Source of the DNA: an uncultured Phycisphaerales bacterium
Lineage (GTDB): Bacteria > Planctomycetota > Phycisphaerae > Phycisphaerales > SM1A02
Direction: 5' to 3'
NCBI GenBank assembly: GCA_938084645.1
Contig: CALKEP010000069.1
Span: forward strand, 1-17,010
Length of the DNA: 17,010 nt
Below are positions 1 to 7,997 of the stretch, in pieces; within the stretch, counting starts at the first letter, position 1; every line of letters starts with the position of its first letter. Under the pieces are notes generated by a model. It saw nothing but the letters and a program-made list of their open reading frames with translations, was not told the origin of the DNA and did not search any database. A program made the position numbers and the translations under genes.

Positions 1-227
1 TCGGGGGACGTGATCGCGAACGCGACCGATTCCGCACCGAGATTGCCGGGGATGATCGTGTCGTCGCTGACGCCGGTGAGCACGAGATCGGTGACGCTAC
101 CGATCAATTCGAGGTCGAGGAGCACGCTCGTCTGACCGCCCACGACTTCAACCATGTCCGCGCTGGCGGTGGCGGCGACTCCCGAGGCGGCGATGACCGC
201 GCAGAGTGAGTAGGACTGCATACGCAT
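1..227 (-). CDS. Exported protein, paralogue of 369..1031; N-terminal part only, runs off the window edge
   Basis: Not in the ORF track. Manual translation from ATG 227: MRMQSYSLCAVIAASGVAATASA-DMVEVVGGQTSVLLDLELIGSVTDLVLTGVSDDTIIPGNLGAESVAFAITSP. It has a signal peptide ending in ASA and an AAGGGA RBS upstream, and matches the 369..1031 protein closely (VGGQTSVLLDLELI, PGNLG, SVAFAITSP). Confidence 0.9.
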   Translation of the reverse strand, partial: MRMQSYSLCAVIAASGVAATASADMVEVVGGQTSVLLDLELIGSVTDLVLTGVSDDTIIPGNLGAESVAFAITSP

Positions 228-305
228 TTTCAATTCCCTTTTCTTCACAATTCCCGTTTCCACGGCCTGCCGAACGTACGGCGGCCCCTCCCCTGGAATC
301 GACCG

Positions 306-352
306 TCTCGGGGGTCCGGATTCAGCGAATCAGTGCGCCGACCCCGCCGAGA
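306..352. other. Imperfect intergenic stem-loop between the two paralogues
   Basis: Nested inverted repeats TCTCGG(306-311)/CCGAGA(347-352), GGGGTC(311-316)/GACCCC(340-345) and GATTC(319-323)/GAATC(327-331), just downstream of the 369 stop. No U-tract follows. Confidence 0.4.
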
Positions 353-368
353 GGATGTTCGAAGTTGT

Positions 369-1031
369 TCAGCGTCGACGTCGTCGCGCGCCGACCACGG
401 CGATCGCCGCAAGGACGAGCGGGCCGGGGCCCGGAATGGCCTGGTTGTACCCCTGGACGAACGCATCTCCGACATCGGCGCCGGTGAGGTCGGTGTCGGT
501 GAGGCCGAGGTCCAGAAGGATCGTCGCGAAGTTCTGGGTGATCAGGAGATCCCCCATGACGTCGAAGGTCTGCTCGAGCGGCGACGCGTCGGTGATGCCG
601 ACGGCGAACAACGCACCGAGACCCGTGCCATCGAAGAACGTATCCGAGACCGTGAAGGCCTCGAGCCCTGAGTCGTAGGCGATGTCGAAGTTGCCGAGCG
701 TGATCGATTCGTTGAACGTGATCGTTCCGCGATGGGCGATCGTCCCCGAGAACGAACCGAAGAAATCATCGGTGTCGTACATGAAGTCACTGCCGGCGGC
801 ACCCGCGTACGGCGAGGTGATCGCGAACGCGACCGAATCGGGTCCGAGGTTGCCCGGCGTGATCACGCCCCCGCTCACACCCGTGAGTTCGAGGTCGGTG
901 ACCGAAGCGATGAGCTCGAGGTCGAGGAGAACGCTGGTCTGCCCTCCGACGATCCCAACGAACTCGGCGGACGCGATGCCACTGAGGCTCAACGCTGCAA
1001 TGACAGCGCCTGAAGCGGTCTTGAACTGCAT
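369..1031 (-). CDS. Exported acidic, beta-rich protein with PEP-CTERM-like (IPGPG) C-terminal sorting signal, 220 aa
   Basis: Start moved to ATG 1031 (MQFKTASGAVIAALSLSGIASA, a Sec signal) with AAGGG upstream. The C-terminus AIPGPGPLVLAAIAVVGARRRRR* is a Pro motif + hydrophobic helix + Arg cluster, the exosortase-target architecture. Confidence 0.85.
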   Translation of the reverse strand: MQFKTASGAVIAALSLSGIASAEFVGIVGGQTSVLLDLELIASVTDLELTGVSGGVITPGNLGPDSVAFAITSPYAGAAGSDFMYDTDDFFGSFSGTIAHRGTITFNESITLGNFDIAYDSGLEAFTVSDTFFDGTGLGALFAVGITDASPLEQTFDVMGDLLITQNFATILLDLGLTDTDLTGADVGDAFVQGYNQAIPGPGPLVLAAIAVVGARRRRR

Positions 1032-1218
1032 ATTTGAGGACCCTTTCCCGTTTGTCCTTTTCCACAAATGCCAGCTTCCCTACGGCTGGACGAATGAACT
1101 ATGCCACGTTTTTCGCCCGAAGCAACGCAAGGACGCATCATTTCCCATAAAAATCGTGATTGCCGCCAATGAGCAACTCCGTGGCATCCCCGGTCGAGCA
1201 CCATCGAATCCCGTTCCC
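1032..1218. promoter_or_regulatory. Divergent intergenic/promoter region
   Basis: Non-coding gap between divergent genes, visibly more AT-rich than its flanks (e.g. TTTCCCATAAAAAT). No exact promoter boxes assigned. Confidence 0.45.
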
Positions 1219-1650
1219 ATGGCCCCGACTCGTTCTCAAAGCCCCCGATGGATGTCCCGATGGCTGATCGCTGCCGGGATCTACAACCTCATCTGGGGCC
1301 TTCCAATCATCCTGGCACCCGATCTGCCCTTCGAGATTCTGGGAATGCCCCCTCTGGAAGACCCGGGAAGGGCGATCTGGCAATGCCTCGGCATGGTGAT
1401 CGGGGTGTACGGCATCGGCTACCTGGCGGCCGCGAGCGATCCACTCCGCCATTGGCCCATCGTCCTGGTCGGACTGCTTGGCAAGGTGTTCGGCCCGATC
1501 GGCTTCCTCTGGACGGCCTCTCAGGGCGGGATCGAGTGGATCTTCGGCCTGAACATCCTCACCAACGACCTGATCTGGTGGGTTCCGTTCGGGATGATTC
1601 TCCTCGCAGCACGCCGATCCGCGACCGAACGAGGGCCGAATCCGGCCTGA
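1219..1650 (+). CDS. Small integral membrane protein (~4 TM helices, 143 aa), uncharacterised family often annotated as or fused to AhpC/TSA-type redoxins
   Basis: 3' part of ORF 682..1650; the upstream part is only antisense to 369..1031. It has hydrophobic segments and the motifs AGIYNLIWG, WQCLGMVIGVYGIGY, DPLRHWPIVLVGLLGK and TNDLIWWVPF. The family link is recalled, not searched. Confidence 0.8.
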   Translation: MAPTRSQSPRWMSRWLIAAGIYNLIWGLPIILAPDLPFEILGMPPLEDPGRAIWQCLGMVIGVYGIGYLAAASDPLRHWPIVLVGLLGKVFGPIGFLWTASQGGIEWIFGLNILTNDLIWWVPFGMILLAARRSATERGPNPA

Positions 1651-1655
1651 TCGCG

Positions 1656-2273
1656 TCAGGGGGCCAGCCAGCCGGCCTCGACGACGCCGCTTTCGTTCCA
1701 CCGCCAGGCGGCGCGAAGATGCCCATCGTGGTGCAGTTCGAGGCGCTCCAGACGGTCGATCCGCGTTCGCACGAGGGCGAAATTGACCCGGCCCGCCTCG
1801 CTTGCCGCGCTGTCCGGCCGGGATGCATGAAGATCGTCCGGGAGATTGGGATGCCACTCCTCGAGATCTCCCGAGGGAGGATGCGGCGCGAGATAGCAGC
1901 GACGACTCGACAGGGTCGTTCTGGCCCAGCCCGCATCCGCGACGTCGTCGTCGGCATGCACCGTGGTGATGCCCGATGCCCGGACCTGCGTCTTGCTCGT
2001 TCGCTCGTAGAACGCCCACGCAAGTCGGCCCGACGCCTCGATCTCCCGGATCTTCGGGCTCCGTCGGTCGGTGTGGAAGGTGAGCGTCCTCGCCTCGGGA
2101 TCCACCGAACGGAGCACCACCGTCCGGGCCTCGGGCCGTCCATCGACGCCGATCGAGGCGATGACGGGAAGGTGCCACTCGTGCCGACCGTTCGTGACGG
2201 CCTCCGTCAGGCCCCGCCAGGCGGCAGCGAGTTGATCAGCCAGGCTGGGACGTTGGATCTGCGGTTCGGTCAT
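1656..2273 (-). CDS. Pyridoxamine 5'-phosphate oxidase-like FMN-binding protein (Alr4036-like), ~205 aa
   Basis: Motifs GRPEARTVVLR, FHTDRRSPK, QVRASG and a C-terminal WLAP are typical of the split-barrel PNPOx-like family. Start placed at ATG 2273. Confidence 0.85.
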   Translation of the reverse strand: MTEPQIQRPSLADQLAAAWRGLTEAVTNGRHEWHLPVIASIGVDGRPEARTVVLRSVDPEARTLTFHTDRRSPKIREIEASGRLAWAFYERTSKTQVRASGITTVHADDDVADAGWARTTLSSRRCYLAPHPPSGDLEEWHPNLPDDLHASRPDSAASEAGRVNFALVRTRIDRLERLELHHDGHLRAAWRWNESGVVEAGWLAP

Positions 2274-2408
2274 GCCCGCATTCTCACACGTCGGCCCGCC
2301 CGTGTCCTCCGCCACCTGCTGAAACTCACCCCCGATCTGGACGAATTGAACGACGGTCGCCGTCATCCCGGCGAGGACATCGAGTGAATCCCGAACCGGA
2401 GCGAGCCC

Positions 2409-3167
2409 TTGAACGATCAGGTCATCCCGCCTTCATCAACCGTCGGACAGCGGATCCTCGTCATCGGCGCCGGAGGCGGCATCGGGCGGTCGCTCGTCGC
2501 CCGCCTGGTCACCCGCGGGGTCTCCGTGGTCGGCGCCGCCCGGGACGTCGACGCACTCGGGTCCGTCCCGGGACTCGAATCCCGACATCGGCTCGACGCC
2601 CGCGATCCCGACGCGACGGTCTCGCTCGTCGGGTCCATCCATGAGACGACACCGTTGAATGGAATCGTGAACCTCGCGGGATGCATCTCCCTGAAGCCCG
2701 CCCACATGGTCACCACCGACGAGTGGAACGAGACGATCGCGACCAAGCTCACGACGGCCTTCTCCTGCGTCAAGGCGGCCGGCCGGCACCTGAAGAACGG
2801 CGGAAGCGTCGTGCTCGTCTCGACCGTCGCCGCCGGGACCGGGCTCTCGAATCACGAGGCGATCGCCGCGGCAGGGGCCGGCGTGGAAGGCCTTGCGCGG
2901 GCGGCCGCCGCGACCTACGCGGCACGCGGACTCCGGTTCAACGTCGTCGCACCGGGCCTCGTCGATACACCACTCGCTTCCAAGATCACGGGCAGCGAGC
3001 GAGCCCTGGAGCATTCGCGGAAGATGCACCCCCTCGGACGGATCGGCGTCGCGGAGGACGTGGCCCCCGCCATCGACTGGCTTCTTTCCTCGGATGCGAG
3101 CTGGATCACCGGCCAGACGGTTGGAATCGACGGAGGCCTCGGGTCGCTTCGCGTGCCGGCCTCATGA
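2409..3167 (+). CDS. Short-chain dehydrogenase/reductase, atypical (no YxxxK), 252 aa
   Basis: Rossmann motif GAGGGIG plus VNLAG, LVST, NVVAPGLVDT, HPLGRIG and WITGQTVGIDGG. TTG start with GGAG 7 nt upstream; the stop overlaps the next ATG (ATGA). Confidence 0.9.
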   Translation: MNDQVIPPSSTVGQRILVIGAGGGIGRSLVARLVTRGVSVVGAARDVDALGSVPGLESRHRLDARDPDATVSLVGSIHETTPLNGIVNLAGCISLKPAHMVTTDEWNETIATKLTTAFSCVKAAGRHLKNGGSVVLVSTVAAGTGLSNHEAIAAAGAGVEGLARAAAATYAARGLRFNVVAPGLVDTPLASKITGSERALEHSRKMHPLGRIGVAEDVAPAIDWLLSSDASWITGQTVGIDGGLGSLRVPAS

Positions 3168-5596
3168 ACCTCGAGGAGATCATCCACCGGCTGCCGCCGC
3201 ATCTCGAAGAGCGGGTGCACCGCTTCGCAGACCACGGCCGCGGAGGTGATCTCGTCGTCTGCTGGATTCACCACGCCAATCGGATCGATGAGAACCCGCT
3301 GCTCGAGGTCGCCGCGGAAGCGGCCCGGGCGTTCGAACTTCCGCTCGTGGTCCATGCCGGTTTCGGCGGACGCCACCCGCACGCGAACGATCGGCACACG
3401 CTCTTCATGCTGGAAGGGCTCCGCGAAACGCAGGCCGCCCTGGGGGAACATGGCGTCCGGATGTCCGTGACCCCGCCGCCGCCGGGCACGGGGCCTTCGG
3501 GACTCCGGCGTCTCGCGGCTCGAGCGCGACTGCTGCTGACGGAAGACCAGCCGGTTCGCCCGTGGCCTCGATGGACCGCGGCCATCGCGAGCGCGGTCCC
3601 CGGCGAAGTCGCGCTGGTCGACACCGCCTGCATCGCTCCTGCCCGCTCGATCGCCGGGAACCATGATCGCGCCTTCCGATTCCGGTCGGCGGCGACGAGG
3701 GCCTGGAAGGAACGACTTCACCTGGACTGGCCGAAGGCATCCCTCGAAGCACCGGAGGCGGGGATCGAGGATCTTCCGGATGACACCATCGAGCTCGCGA
3801 ACGTCGATCTCGGCGACCTCGTCGGAGGCTGGGACATCGACCATGCCGTCGGTCCCGTTCCGGACATGCCCGGCGGGATGGCCGCCGCCGATGCGCGATG
3901 GAACACCTTCCTCGAGCATGGATTGAACCGCTACCACCGCCGGAGGAACGACGCCGTCGACGACGACGGCGTGAGCGGGCTCTCTCCATACCTGCACCAC
4001 GGAATGATCTCGCCGATGCGGATCGCCCGCGACGCCCACCGCAGCGGCGGCGAGGGTGGCGAGAAGTTCCTCGACGAGCTGCTCGTCTGGCGCGAACTCG
4101 CCCATCACTTCTGCCTGAATCACGCCGGCCACGACTCTCTCGATGCGTTGCCGGCCTGGGCGCGGAAGACCCTCGAGCATCACCGCCGGGACGAACGTCC
4201 GCACCGCCGGTCCTGGGAGACGCTGGCGCGAGGACGAACCGGTGATCGACTCTGGGATCTCGCCCAGGAGTCGCTGAAGCGAAGAGGCAGACTGCACAAC
4301 AACGTGCGAATGACCTGGGGCAAGATGCTGCTCGAGTGGACGTCATCGCCGGAGGAGGCGCTCGACCGCCTCCTGGATCTGAACGATCGATATGCACTCG
4401 ACGGTTCCGACGCCAACTCCATCGGCGGCCTGCTCTGGTGCCTCGGCCTCTTCGACCGGGCCTTCGAGCCGGAACGACCGATCGGAGGGACGATCCGGGC
4501 GCGGGACTCGAGGGATCACGCGAAGCGAATCGACCTCGACCGGTACCGATCGGTGGTCCATGGAGGCATCCGTCGCCAGTCGGCACTCGTCATCGGCGCC
4601 GGCATCGCCGGCTCGCAGGCGGCCCGGATCCTGCACGACCACGGCCACGCCGTCACCGTCATCGACAAGAGCCGAGGTCCCGGTGGTCGGTCCAGCAGTC
4701 GCCGCGGCGAAGGCACGCGTCACGACCACGGTTGCCAGGTGCTTCGACTGCGAGGCGCCGCGCTCCGACGATCGGCCGAAAGCTGGGAGGAGGATGGCGT
4801 CATCGCGCGATGGAACCCGCGAGTCCTCCTGGATGGCTCGGTGAGTCCGCGCCCTCGGGAGCCTTGGTTCGTCGGAACCCCGGGGATGAACGAACTCGTC
4901 CGACACCTGCAGCGCGATCTCGACGTCGACTTCGGCCGACGGGCGACCCGCCTGGAGAGGACCGCCGCGGGTTGGACCGCGTTCGACGAGGAAGACATGA
5001 AAATCGGCACGGGCGACCGCGTCATCATCGCCGTGCCGGCCCCGCAGGCGGTCAGCCTCCTTCGCACCGCCGGCATCGACACCGATCCGCTCGACGCGGT
5101 CCGTTTCGATCCGACCTGGACGCTGCTCCTCGACGGCATCGACCGGGATCCCGGTTTCGACGTCGCGGTCGATCCAAGCCCCGAGATCCGCTGGATGGCC
5201 CGCGAAGCCTCTCGTCCCGATCGCGCCGAGGCGGGCTGCTGGACCGTCAACGCCACTCCCGAATGGTCGCGAGCGAACCTTGAAGCGGATCCGGACGTCG
5301 TCGAAACGCGACTCCGGATGGCCGCCGCCGCGGTGCTCGGCGTTCCGATCGATCGCCCCGGCAAGGTTCATCGGTGGCGGTACGGACTCGTCGAATCACC
5401 CCTGGGCGAACCCATCCACGTCGACCCGTCGAGTGGTGCGATCGCCTGCGGCGACTGGTGCCTCGGCGGACGCATCGAGCACGCGTTCCAGAGCGGTGCG
5501 GCGGCCGCGGGCAGCCTGCTTCGAGATCCGACGTTCGCCTCACCCCGATCGAACGACGCCCCCGAGCACGGCCTGTTCGCGGAAATCTCGGAATGA
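3164..5596 (+). CDS. Fusion protein: class II CPD photolyase-like domain + renalase-like (COG3380) FAD oxidoreductase, 810 aa
   Basis: Start at ATG 3164 (ATGA overlap with the SDR). The N-part has [51 protein letters not shown] and [13 protein letters not shown], all class II-type. The C-part (from ~4570) has [38 protein letters not shown] and [17 protein letters not shown]. One uninterrupted frame. Confidence 0.88.
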   Translation: MNLEEIIHRLPPHLEERVHRFADHGRGGDLVVCWIHHANRIDENPLLEVAAEAARAFELPLVVHAGFGGRHPHANDRHTLFMLEGLRETQAALGEHGVRMSVTPPPPGTGPSGLRRLAARARLLLTEDQPVRPWPRWTAAIASAVPGEVALVDTACIAPARSIAGNHDRAFRFRSAATRAWKERLHLDWPKASLEAPEAGIEDLPDDTIELANVDLGDLVGGWDIDHAVGPVPDMPGGMAAADARWNTFLEHGLNRYHRRRNDAVDDDGVSGLSPYLHHGMISPMRIARDAHRSGGEGGEKFLDELLVWRELAHHFCLNHAGHDSLDALPAWARKTLEHHRRDERPHRRSWETLARGRTGDRLWDLAQESLKRRGRLHNNVRMTWGKMLLEWTSSPEEALDRLLDLNDRYALDGSDANSIGGLLWCLGLFDRAFEPERPIGGTIRARDSRDHAKRIDLDRYRSVVHGGIRRQSALVIGAGIAGSQAARILHDHGHAVTVIDKSRGPGGRSSSRRGEGTRHDHGCQVLRLRGAALRRSAESWEEDGVIARWNPRVLLDGSVSPRPREPWFVGTPGMNELVRHLQRDLDVDFGRRATRLERTAAGWTAFDEEDMKIGTGDRVIIAVPAPQAVSLLRTAGIDTDPLDAVRFDPTWTLLLDGIDRDPGFDVAVDPSPEIRWMAREASRPDRAEAGCWTVNATPEWSRANLEADPDVVETRLRMAAAAVLGVPIDRPGKVHRWRYGLVESPLGEPIHVDPSSGAIACGDWCLGGRIEHAFQSGAAAAGSLLRDPTFASPRSNDAPEHGLFAEISE

Positions 5597-5976
5597 GTCG
5601 CTCGCCACTCCCACGACGAACCTGCGAATGCTGCGGACGGACCTTCGCCTGGCGTCGAAAATGGGCACGCGACTGGGAGAACGTCCGGTACTGCTCCGAT
5701 CGCTGCCGTCGCTCGGGAACGGGCCCGTCCGATCACCGACTCGAGACGCGCATCCTCGAACGACTCAACGCCCGTTCAAGCGGAAGCACGGCATGTCCAT
5801 CGGAGATCGCACGAGCCGTCGATCCCGCCGCCTGGCGGGAACACCTGGAACCCGTTCGACGCGCCGCTCGACGGCTCGTCGCGTCCGGCCGGCTCGAGAT
5901 TCTGCAGAACGGACGCCCCGTCGATCCGGACACCGCGCGGGGCCCGATCCGACTCCGACTCGTCCGCGATCGATGA
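5593..5976 (+). CDS. DUF2256 (Cys zinc-ribbon-like) + DUF3253 fusion protein, 127 aa
   Basis: ATG 5593 overlaps the upstream stop. N-part [34 protein letters not shown] fits DUF2256; C-part [11 protein letters not shown]...[15 protein letters not shown]...ILQNG.PVDP...RGPIRLR fits DUF3253. Confidence 0.88.
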   Translation: MSRSPLPRRTCECCGRTFAWRRKWARDWENVRYCSDRCRRSGTGPSDHRLETRILERLNARSSGSTACPSEIARAVDPAAWREHLEPVRRAARRLVASGRLEILQNGRPVDPDTARGPIRLRLVRDR

Positions 5977-6073
5977 ATCCGACCGAAGGCAGGATTCGAA
6001 GTTCGGTTGAGAACGCCATCGATGGGGTGGCGGGCCGCGCGACATCGCGATGACATCGAACGGAGATCCAGAC

Positions 6074-6706
6074 ATGATCCACGACGCCCGAACCTGCCGC
6101 GAGATCGATTCCACCACGGACCGCGAGGAAAGACACACCCCCGCTTTCGATCAACCCAGGATCGAGGCCGCCGTCCGGGAGATCCTCCACGCGATCGGTG
6201 AGGATCCGGACCGCGAAGGGCTGATGGACACGCCGCAGCGCGTCGCGAGGGCGTACGGCGAGATGTTCGGGGGACTCGACGAATCCCCCGCCGCACACCT
6301 CGCCCGGCAGTTTCCGCAGGAGGGAAGTGACCCGGTGATGGTCACGGACATTCCCTTCACGAGCATGTGCGAGCACCACCTGCTCCCCTTCACCGGCGTC
6401 GCACACATCGCGTATCAGCCACAACACGGGCGGGTGGTCGGGCTCTCGAAGCTCGCCCGAACCGTCCAGATCCTCGCCCGGCGGCCGCAGCAGCAGGAGC
6501 GGCTCACCCAGCAGATCCGAGCGGCGATCGAGGAGCATCTCGACCCCGCCGGAGTCCTCGTCATGCTCGAAGCGACGCACTCCTGCATGCAGATCCGGGG
6601 GGCGAAGGCCCATGGCGCCGCCATGAAGACCCGCTCCGTCGGAGGCCGCTGGGAACGCGATGCCGCGACACGCCGCGAGATTCAGGAGATGATGGTCGGA
6701 AAGTGA
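6074..6706 (+). CDS. folE: GTP cyclohydrolase I (type IA)
   Basis: Motifs IGEDPDREGLMDTPQRVAR, SMCEHHLLPF, VVGLSKLAR, QERLT and HSCMQIRG with Zn ligands intact. ATG 6074 is preceded by GGAG; alternative ATG at 6050. Confidence 0.96.
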   Translation: MIHDARTCREIDSTTDREERHTPAFDQPRIEAAVREILHAIGEDPDREGLMDTPQRVARAYGEMFGGLDESPAAHLARQFPQEGSDPVMVTDIPFTSMCEHHLLPFTGVAHIAYQPQHGRVVGLSKLARTVQILARRPQQQERLTQQIRAAIEEHLDPAGVLVMLEATHSCMQIRGAKAHGAAMKTRSVGGRWERDAATRREIQEMMVGK

Positions 6707-6731
6707 TTCCGACCCTCTCTCCGGATCGAAC

Positions 6732-7997
6732 ATGTCCTCGGACGCCCCCATCCTGATCATCGGCGCCGGCCTCGCCGGTCTCGCCGCCGGACGCGAGCTC
6801 GACCGGCGGGGAGATCCCTTCCGCATCCTCGAAGCTTCGGCTCGGGTCGGTGGCCGCCTCGGTTCGACGGTCGTCGACGGCATCGTCTGCGACCTCGGTT
6901 TCCAGGTGTCGATGTCCAACTACCGCTCGCTCGAAGCACTGGTGCCTCGAACGTCGCTTCCCCGACGCCCGTTCATTCCGGGGGCGATCGTCTGGACGGG
7001 CACGGATCGGATCCGGGTGGTCGACCCGCGCCGCGCCCCGCTCGGCGCCTTCCAGGCGGTCTTCCGTGGGTTGGCGGGATGGCGGGACCTCCGAGCCGCG
7101 GCGCGGTGCCGCCGAGCCGCCGCCCGCGCGACCTCCGGTGTCGATCCGACCGGCACGGCCGATCGGTTCATCCGGGACGTGGGTTTCAGTGAACGGTTCC
7201 GCGAGTCCTTCCTCCGTCCGTTCTTCGGCGGGGTCTTTCTCGACGAATCGCTGTCGGTCTCGGCGGGGCGATTTCTCAGGACCCTGGATCGGTTCTCGAG
7301 CGGCAACGCGGAACTCCCACGCGGAGGCATGCAGGCGATCGCCGATGCGATGGCCGAACCGATCCTCGATCGGATCGATTTCGGTCGCAGCGTCACGGCC
7401 GTCGACGCGGACTCGGTGGTACTCGACGACGGCGAACGCCTCGAGGCCGGTGGTGTCATTCTCGCGGCGGATCAGGACGCCACGGACCGTCTCCTTGGTG
7501 ACGATCCCCACGTCGCTTCGGAGGGCGAGACCGCTTCACGCTGGTCTTCGACCGTCGCCGTTCACTTCGAGACACCCGAAGCGACGATCCGTGAACCGAT
7601 CATCGTCCTGAACGGAAGCGGAACCGGCGAGGTGAACCTCGTCGCCAGTTCGACCGCGGTGACCGCCGGCGTCGCACCGAAAGGTCGACACAGCCTCACC
7701 GTGAGCCTTCGACCGGGCGGGCCCACCGATCCCGATCAAGCCGGCCTCGAACGGATCGCCCGCGAGGCGGCTTCGATGCTCGACGTGGAAAGCCGGAACT
7801 GGCGACACCTCGCGACGACCGCGATCCGCCGGGCGCTTCCGGTCGGACCACCCCCCGCCTCACCACCACCGACGCCCGACCGAGTGGAGATCGCCGGCGA
7901 CTGGCTTGGCGAGCCGTCCATCGACGCCGCGGTGCGCAGCGGAATCGACGCCGTGAACCGCATGGCCGAATCAACACCCACGGGAATCCGATCATGA
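6732..7997 (+). CDS. FAD-dependent oxidoreductase, flavin amine oxidase/phytoene desaturase-like superfamily, 421 aa
   Basis: IIGAGLAGL, LEASARVGGRL, DLGFQV, FLRPFFGGVFLD, LPRGGMQAI and C-terminal AGDW...SIDAAVRSG. Substrate unknown. Confidence 0.88.
   Translation: MSSDAPILIIGAGLAGLAAGRELDRRGDPFRILEASARVGGRLGSTVVDGIVCDLGFQVSMSNYRSLEALVPRTSLPRRPFIPGAIVWTGTDRIRVVDPRRAPLGAFQAVFRGLAGWRDLRAAARCRRAAARATSGVDPTGTADRFIRDVGFSERFRESFLRPFFGGVFLDESLSVSAGRFLRTLDRFSSGNAELPRGGMQAIADAMAEPILDRIDFGRSVTAVDADSVVLDDGERLEAGGVILAADQDATDRLLGDDPHVASEGETASRWSSTVAVHFETPEATIREPIIVLNGSGTGEVNLVASSTAVTAGVAPKGRHSLTVSLRPGGPTDPDQAGLERIAREAASMLDVESRNWRHLATTAIRRALPVGPPPASPPPTPDRVEIAGDWLGEPSIDAAVRSGIDAVNRMAESTPTGIRS

Noticed and set aside
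682..1218. N-terminal extension of the membrane-protein ORF
   Set aside because: Antisense to 369..1031 and spans the divergent promoter gap.
2384..2644. GTG-start ORF with GAGGA upstream, suggesting a frameshifted SDR start
   Set aside because: The SDR has its own RBS and TTG at 2409 with an intact Rossmann motif; the alternative frame looks non-coding.
2681..3163. N-terminal 161-aa extension of the 971-aa ORF
   Set aside because: Overlaps the SDR in another frame and is Arg-rich noise; the ATGA-coupled start at 3164 is far more plausible.
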